Shown: one piece after another, positions 27,017 to 32,324 of the stretch
Layout: the number at the start of each line of letters is the position of its first letter
How positions within the stretch are numbered: position 1 is the first letter of the stretch
Assembly: GCA_964529135.1 (NCBI GenBank)
Contig: CAZGVP010000001.1
Location: forward strand, 1-32,324
Source of the DNA: an uncultured Caulobacterales bacterium
Lineage (GTDB): Bacteria; Pseudomonadota; Alphaproteobacteria; Caulobacterales; Parvularculaceae
Direction: 5' to 3'
Length of the DNA: 32,324 nt
The notes under the pieces: generated by a model
Database searches by the model: none
Told to the model about the DNA's origin: nothing
What the model saw: the letters and a program-made list of their open reading frames with translations, nothing else
Made by a program: the position numbers and the translations under genes

Positions 27017-30000
27017 ATGCGAAAATCAATGACTATGAATCTACTAGGTGGCACGGTGCTGTCATCATTGATGTTTCTGACTGTTCCGGCGATGACCGCC
27101 GCAATGGCGCAGGACGAAATTCCTGACGCAGCTGAAGATGCCTTTGAAGAAGATCGTGACAATATAGTAGTCACGGGATCACGGATTCGTCGTGATGAAT
27201 TTTCCTCGATCTCGCCAATTCAGACAATTGACGCAAATGCCGGCCGCAGTATCGGTCTGTTCGATCTTGGTAGCCTGATCGCTCAGTCACCAACAGTGAC
27301 GGGTGTTCAGTTTGATGGTTCAACGAATGCTGGGTCGCCAACAGCGGCGGTTGAAGGCATCAGTGAGGGCGGTGTTGGTGCAAATAATATTGCGTTGCGT
27401 GGCCTGCCTGCAAGTTCCACATTGATCCTCATTAACAGTCGTCGTCTTGGACGTTCCGGTGTGCGTGGTGCGCCAACGGCACCTGATATCAACCTGATTC
27501 CAAGTGCACTTGTTGAGCGTGTCGATATACTCACAGACGGCGCATCCTCTATTTATGGATCTGATGCCGTTGCTGGTGTGGTCAATGTGATCCTACGCAG
27601 TGATTTTGAAGGCCTTGAGGTCGGTGGTAATTTTTCTGACCCGTTCAGCAAAGGTGGTGGTACACGTCAGATCAGCCTGATTGGTGGTGCCGCGAATGAT
27701 CGTGGAAGTTTCACCTTTGCAGCAGAATATTTTGAGCGTGATGATGTATTTGTTGTAGATCGTCCTAATTTCAATGACTGTCTTCGTGATATTGAAGTTG
27801 GTACGGATGATGTGGTTCGATCTGTCTGCCTGGATGGCCGCCCGGATAATTCTGTTTTTATTGGTAGTCAGGGTTTTGTCTTCTCGACACCCGGCGCTAC
27901 TGATATAGGCGTTCCCGGATTTTCTTCAGCAGGGGCTTTGCCACAGAATTTCCGTACAACAAGCATCTATACATTGCAGGATGAAGAGCGTGCAGCGCGT
28001 TTGTTCGAAGGCTTTGAACGGTTTGCAATTTATGCGACCGGAAAATACGATCTCGATCTTTTTGAGCGGGATACCGTATATTTTGAGGGATCCTTCGCAA
28101 ATCGGAATTCTAACGGAATTTTTGCGAATGAGCAGATTTTTCCTGGTGTGCCAGGATTAATTCCACAAGAGGATGCGAATGGAAATCTACTCGTTAATCC
28201 TGACGGATCACTGCAATTATTTGACAATCCTTTGAATCCTTTTCCTGAAGATGCATTGCCGGTTGTGACTACTCAGGATCTCAGTCAGCAGCGCCGTTCT
28301 GAAGTCAACAACTTTCGGTTTGTGCTTGGGATTGAGGGGGATCTGCCTTTCGCCACTGAGAGTGGGTGGACATATGATCTCTATGGAACTTATGATCGCA
28401 GCTATGGGACGTCATCTCAGGCAATTTTCTTTGAAGATGCTATCCGGGAATCACTGGATACATTGCGGCTTGACGCGAATGGCAACGTGATTTGCGGCCT
28501 GGAACGAACAGCTCTTTCCTTCGGTTTCCTCACGCCGCGTGAATGTGTACCGATTAATTTCTTCGCGCCTTCTCTGTTCGAGACGGAGGGTGGCGATAAG
28601 ACTTTTGCCACAGAAGCTGAGCGTGATTTCATCACTGGTGATTCAATTAACACGACCGAAATTGAAACCTATGTTTTCAATGGTGTTGTCAGCGGTGAAA
28701 TCTTTGACCTTCCCGGAGGTAAGGCAGCACTCGCGATTGGTGGCGACTATCGCGAAGAGAGTATCGACACCGTTAATGACTTTGTAAGGGTGAATGGTCT
28801 TGGTGCCTCTGAGGTGCCTGATACGGAAGGCAATACAATTGGCTCTAACAATATCTGGGGGATTTTTGCCGAAGCGGATCTGCCGGTTTCTGACTGGCTC
28901 GGTCTGAACCTTTCTGGTCGATATTCCGATGACGCCATTGCCGGAGATAATTTCTCGTACAGTGTTAAAGGTGATTTGCGTCCGGCAGAATGGTTGAGAC
29001 TACGGGTAACTTATGGAACGACGTTCCGGGCACCTGATCTTAGGGCCTTATTTCTTGCGGGCTCCGTTGGCACAATCGGTGGTGGTAACGATCCATGTCT
29101 GGTCCCAAATACGGCTAATAATGGCGGTGTTTTTGATCCAGCCGGTGATGATCGCCCACAGATTGTCTTAGATAATTGTATAGCTGATGGCGTTGATCCA
29201 ACGGCACTTGGTCTGCAGGCAACAACAGGTATTACCACAACAACTGGTGGTAGCACATTCCTTGAGCCTGAAACATCTACCTCCTTCACAGCCGGTGCGG
29301 TGTTGACGCCCACATGGGAGAATGCGGATATTAGTCTGTCAGTGACTTATTTTGACATTGATGTGCAAGATCAAATTTTGGCTACTAATGCGGCCAATGT
29401 TTTGGCAGGCTGTTTTAATGACGAGCCGAATTTGGCGAGCCCATTATGTCAGTTTATATCGCGGAATACAGGTAACCCGGCCACAGCGACCATTTCCAAC
29501 GTTGACGTGCCGTTCCTGAATGTAGCGGATAATTCTTCAACTGGTCTCGATTTCAATTTCCGCCTGCGCAAGGATCTTGATCGGCTCTTGGAGAATTCAA
29601 CATTTAACTTCAGCGTTGCAGCAACTCATTACTTCGAGCAGGTGCAGGTGTTGACAGAAGAAGCGGCGCTCGCTCTTGAAACAATGGATATTGATGATGT
29701 TGGCGGTGCCGATGACAATGTTGGTGAAATTGGAACCCCGGCATGGTCACTGATTGGAACTGCGGTGCTGGAAAAAGGTAACTGGGTCGGCACATGGCGC
29801 ACGCGCTTCATTGGTTCAGGACAACAAGATGCATCTGACAACTTTGTTGACCCTGCAGATCAAGATGTATTGCGTACGGCTTGTGGGGTTCTTGGTTCTC
29901 CGGTTGCCTGCCGTGATGTCGATTTTACAGACTCTGAAATCTACAATGATGTTTCCATCGGATATTCTATGGACAGCTGGTCAATCACAGCAGGTATCAG

Positions 30001-30130
30001 CAATATCTTTAACAATACACCGCCTCTGATTGATCAAGGTGAGGGGCCGTCTCGCGCCAATATTGTGGTGCAGTCAGGGTATGATCTGATTGGTCGTCGT
30101 GCCTTCATCAATGTCAATAAGAGTTTCTAA
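27017..30130 (+). CDS. TonB-dependent outer-membrane receptor (large, 1037 aa), substrate unknown
   Basis: Signal peptide MRKSMTMNLLGGTVLSSLMFLTVPAMTAAMA/QD. Plug-domain motifs NIVVTGSRI and VERVDILTDGASSIYGSDAVAGVVNVIL. A long beta-barrel ends in the terminal aromatic residue ...INVNKSF. GGAGGG lies 7 nt upstream of the ATG. Confidence 0.9.
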   Translation: MRKSMTMNLLGGTVLSSLMFLTVPAMTAAMAQDEIPDAAEDAFEEDRDNIVVTGSRIRRDEFSSISPIQTIDANAGRSIGLFDLGSLIAQSPTVTGVQFDGSTNAGSPTAAVEGISEGGVGANNIALRGLPASSTLILINSRRLGRSGVRGAPTAPDINLIPSALVERVDILTDGASSIYGSDAVAGVVNVILRSDFEGLEVGGNFSDPFSKGGGTRQISLIGGAANDRGSFTFAAEYFERDDVFVVDRPNFNDCLRDIEVGTDDVVRSVCLDGRPDNSVFIGSQGFVFSTPGATDIGVPGFSSAGALPQNFRTTSIYTLQDEERAARLFEGFERFAIYATGKYDLDLFERDTVYFEGSFANRNSNGIFANEQIFPGVPGLIPQEDANGNLLVNPDGSLQLFDNPLNPFPEDALPVVTTQDLSQQRRSEVNNFRFVLGIEGDLPFATESGWTYDLYGTYDRSYGTSSQAIFFEDAIRESLDTLRLDANGNVICGLERTALSFGFLTPRECVPINFFAPSLFETEGGDKTFATEAERDFITGDSINTTEIETYVFNGVVSGEIFDLPGGKAALAIGGDYREESIDTVNDFVRVNGLGASEVPDTEGNTIGSNNIWGIFAEADLPVSDWLGLNLSGRYSDDAIAGDNFSYSVKGDLRPAEWLRLRVTYGTTFRAPDLRALFLAGSVGTIGGGNDPCLVPNTANNGGVFDPAGDDRPQIVLDNCIADGVDPTALGLQATTGITTTTGGSTFLEPETSTSFTAGAVLTPTWENADISLSVTYFDIDVQDQILATNAANVLAGCFNDEPNLASPLCQFISRNTGNPATATISNVDVPFLNVADNSSTGLDFNFRLRKDLDRLLENSTFNFSVAATHYFEQVQVLTEEAALALETMDIDDVGGADDNVGEIGTPAWSLIGTAVLEKGNWVGTWRTRFIGSGQQDASDNFVDPADQDVLRTACGVLGSPVACRDVDFTDSEIYNDVSIGYSMDSWSITAGISNIFNNTPPLIDQGEGPSRANIVVQSGYDLIGRRAFINVNKSF

Positions 30131-30152
30131 AAGTATTTATACATTCGCAACG

Positions 30153-30187
30153 AAAAACGGCAGCATTTGACGCTGCCGTTTTTTTTG
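30153..30187. terminator. Bidirectional rho-independent terminator between convergent genes
   Basis: AAAAA-ACGGCAGC-ATTTGAC-GCTGCCGT-TTTTTTT. This is an 8-bp stem (30157-30164 / 30172-30179) with a 7-nt loop and a T-run through 30186. Confidence 0.85.
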
Positions 30188-30252
30188 TGCTTTTTGTCAG
30201 GAGTTAAGGCTGTGGAGATGGAATTACTTGGAAAATTCGAGTGTTCGAAGTT

Positions 30253-30918
30253 CTATAGCAATCGCTCGACAGTCAGTGTTCGTTGTATCTCTGGAATATT
30301 CAGTCGATAGCCACTGACAGCTCCGCGGCTAATTTTAGCAGTGTAGGTATCATCATCACGTAAGCGTACCTTTGTGCGATCACCGCCTCGTTGCTGCCAG
30401 ACTTGACCATTGTCGAGCAAGACGATCAGCTTGCCTTTATTGTTGATCCTGTATTTGATGATGTTTGCGTTGAATACCGCATCAGGTTTTTGATCCGATT
30501 TTTTTAGTTTGCGTTTTTCCCGTCGTTCCACTTGTTCGGCGCCGAATGTATCATCGGGAGATGGTGCTATTTGAGTCTGAGGTTGAGTAGTGACTTGTGG
30601 GGTGACCGGTTCGGATGTCCTTTCGGTTCCTGCAATTTTTATGGGCGGTGAAATTGGTGGGTTCACTGGTTGGGTGTTGTCGTCAGATATAATGGATGCC
30701 CCGCTGTTTTGGGCTTGAGTACTGACCAGTGGTTCTGGCCCTGAAAGTGACCGAATAGCATCCTCAAGGCAGGCTATGCGGGCTTTTTTATTTTTTGCGG
30801 ACTCCCGGCAGTTTTCAATCACGGCCTCATCGGCTGAAACACTGATGCTTAATCCGGTCCCCGCGATCAGCAGGGCTATGGTGCTGATGGTTATCTTATA
30901 ATGGTTGATATCCGGCAT
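30253..30918 (-). CDS. Secreted hypothetical protein: signal peptide, Cys pair, Pro/Thr/Gln-rich linker, small C-terminal beta-rich domain
   Basis: 221 aa. Strong RBS GGGAGG 5 nt upstream of the ATG. N-terminus ITISTIALLIAGTGLSISVSA/DE, then ENCRESAKNKKARIACLEDAI. The linker PVNPPISPPIK...TPQVTTQPQTQIAPSP precedes the C-terminus IVLLDNGQVWQQRGGDRTKVRLRDDDTYTAKISRGAVSGYRL. I cannot name the family. Confidence 0.6.
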   Translation of the reverse strand: MPDINHYKITISTIALLIAGTGLSISVSADEAVIENCRESAKNKKARIACLEDAIRSLSGPEPLVSTQAQNSGASIISDDNTQPVNPPISPPIKIAGTERTSEPVTPQVTTQPQTQIAPSPDDTFGAEQVERREKRKLKKSDQKPDAVFNANIIKYRINNKGKLIVLLDNGQVWQQRGGDRTKVRLRDDDTYTAKISRGAVSGYRLNIPEIQRTLTVERLL

Positions 30919-31210
30919 TTTAGCCTCCCTCTGGTGTTTCGCATTGCAGACTATAAAATGTGCTTTTGCAATCTTAACAATGTTGCTTCTTTATAGGGAT
31001 TGTGTGCCTTTTTGGGGCACATCACAATGTTAAAATGCGGGTTTTCTGCATGAGTGTAACGCCACCATAGCGGATTTTCCTTGTGCGAATGGCTTGTGCT
31101 CAAGGCATAGCAACGGCCAGTGCGAAATTTGCATGGATGGTCATGCATGATAGGTTTGAAGACACAAAGCGCGATCTTTTGGACCGGGAATTGAGGAAAT
31201 GGTGGGTGAT

Positions 31211-31888
31211 ATGGGAAAACAATTGGTGGAGCGGATTCACAAAGAGTGTGGGCGGTTTTTGTGCGCGAATCTGCGACTAATAAAGAATCTAAAGCACGTT
31301 GATGATTTGGTGTTTTGCAAACGAGCCCTAGTGTTGGTGGCGGCAGCCTCAAGCGGGCTACTATTGAGTACACAGGCGGCAATTGCTGGCGAATATACGC
31401 CAATAGGCAAAACTGGCGGGCAATATAGTTTTACGGACTGTCCGAAACCAGTGTCCCCAACATTGAAGCTGGATACAGCCCGTCTTGGCCGGGGAGCGGT
31501 GCGCGATTACAATGCTCAAGTGGCAAAGTTCAATTCTTATATTGCCGATGTGCAAGCCTATATGGATTGCCTTTCGGCGGAAGCGGACCGTGATCTTGAA
31601 ACTTATTACAAGGCTGTCTCGGTGAGCCTCGAAGCTCAGCAAGTCAGAATGCAGGATGAAAGCGATAAGCTGCGTCGTGTATTGGCAAGTGGACCGAACA
31701 AGAAACGTAAAATAAGCAAACCTGCGGGCATTCCTGATCTGGATGGTGCTGAGCCGGTAGCGGCACCATCTTTAAAACCAACCCCTGTTATACAGCCAAC
31801 TCCGGGCGAGGTTGATTCGGCTGATATTGGCCAAGAGTTTCAAGATGCTCCATTGACGCTTCCTTCTAGCCCGGTTGAGCAAAATTGA
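31211..31888 (+). CDS. Hypothetical exported or membrane-anchored protein with a Pro-rich C-terminal tail
   Basis: Hydrophobic segment KRALVLVAAASSGLLLSTQAAIA/GEY, then a helical region with two Cys (FTDCPKP...YMDCLSAEADRD), then a tail KPAGIPDLDGAEPVAAPSLKPTPVIQPTPGE. The start is uncertain: ATG 31199, ATG 31211, TTG 31307 or GTG 31310 are all possible. Confidence 0.5.
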   Translation: MGKQLVERIHKECGRFLCANLRLIKNLKHVDDLVFCKRALVLVAAASSGLLLSTQAAIAGEYTPIGKTGGQYSFTDCPKPVSPTLKLDTARLGRGAVRDYNAQVAKFNSYIADVQAYMDCLSAEADRDLETYYKAVSVSLEAQQVRMQDESDKLRRVLASGPNKKRKISKPAGIPDLDGAEPVAAPSLKPTPVIQPTPGEVDSADIGQEFQDAPLTLPSSPVEQN

Positions 31889-31964
31889 GCCTGGTAGGCA
31901 TTCTCTTTTGGGTTAGAATTGTTTAAGAACGCGTCAGGTATAGTCTGAAACAAAAGGGACCTTG

Positions 31965-32324
31965 ATGGCCACGCCAATATTAATGCCTGCACTCTCACCA
32001 ACCATGGAAGAGGGTACTCTCGCCAAATGGAATGTGCAGGTAGGAGACAGTGTCTCTTCAGGTGATGTTATTGCTGAAATTGAAACCGACAAAGCGACCA
32101 TGGAAGTGGAAGCGGTGGATGAGGGTATTATCGGAAAAATTCTCGTTGGAGAAGGAACTGAAAATGTTCAGGTCAATGTTCCGATTGCTGTGATCATAGA
32201 AGATGGTGAAAGTGCAGATGATCTTGATATGTCATCTCTCGGCGGAGCGGCGACGCCCATTTCTGCGGCTGAACCGCAGGGCGGCGAAGGCACCGCTGTT
32301 AGTATCGACCATAGTGTACCAACG
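31965..32324 (+). CDS. Lipoyl-domain N-terminus of a pyruvate/2-oxoacid dehydrogenase component (E1-beta with lipoyl domain, or E2); 3' end lies outside the window
   Basis: Open for 120 codons from ATG 31965 to the window edge. The sequence MATPILMPALSPTMEEGTLAKWNVQVGDSVSSGDVIAEIETDKATMEVEAVDEGIIGKIL contains the lipoyl-lysine motif ETDKA, followed by an Ala/Pro/Gly linker. It is absent from the ORF track because it is truncated. The fragment alone cannot distinguish E1-beta from E2. Confidence 0.85.
   Translation, partial: MATPILMPALSPTMEEGTLAKWNVQVGDSVSSGDVIAEIETDKATMEVEAVDEGIIGKILVGEGTENVQVNVPIAVIIEDGESADDLDMSSLGGAATPISAAEPQGGEGTAVSIDHSVPT

Noticed and set aside
31965-32324. The lipoyl-domain PDH gene has no pdhA-like gene immediately upstream
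   Set aside because: I considered this as a possible rearrangement. However, the fragment cannot be assigned to E1-beta versus E2, and the window ends after 120 codons. A stand-alone E2 gene would be ordinary.
1-32324. Whole-window search for CRISPR repeats, tRNA/rRNA genes, IS elements, integrases, toxin-antitoxin pairs or known defence genes
   Set aside because: I saw no regularly spaced repeats of 24-40 bp, no cloverleaf-like GC-rich blocks of 70-90 nt in the intergenic regions, and no transposase, recombinase, nuclease, ATPase or methylase-like ORFs. This was a by-eye scan only, and tRNAscan-SE, Infernal, ISfinder or DefenseFinder would be needed to confirm the negative result.

Overview
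A 32.3-kb chromosomal window. Gene content and synteny (serC-serA, comEC/gltX-gltA, secG near pyrG, a PALSPTMEEG-type lipoyl domain) fit a moderate-GC, probably marine, alphaproteobacterium. This taxon call is inference. Most of the window is core housekeeping: serC 3' end, serA, metG, gltA, gltX, comEC, secG, pyrG, and the first 120 codons of a lipoylated pyruvate dehydrogenase component. Exported hydrolases, one large TonB-dependent receptor and a few secreted hypothetical proteins are interspersed. I found no rRNA, tRNA, CRISPR array, transposase, integrase or phage gene, and no recognisable defence system. The best candidate for something undescribed is at 4.2-11.7 kb. There a BlaI/BlaR1-type repressor and sensor-protease pair has a non-canonical sensor domain and a twin TACA/TGTA operator. 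It sits head-to-head with a tightly packed four-gene operon of exported or membrane-anchored proteins: an amidohydrolase, a carbamoylase-family M20 amidase, an M20D amidohydrolase and a DUF1499 protein. The second candidate is a markedly AT-rich single-gene insertion at 17.9-19.4 kb. It encodes a membrane-anchored Sel1-repeat protein with an unassignable C-terminal domain and is flanked by short tandem duplications. The remaining findings are small: direct repeats upstream of secG, an acidic SecG tail, MOSC and PhyH genes between secG and pyrG, an AT-rich structured leader before the TonB receptor, and a divergent pair of secreted unknowns. Several ORF-track starts look over-extended and I re-set them to internal starts that have a ribosome-binding site or signal peptide. 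All family assignments come from reading motifs by eye, with no database search.
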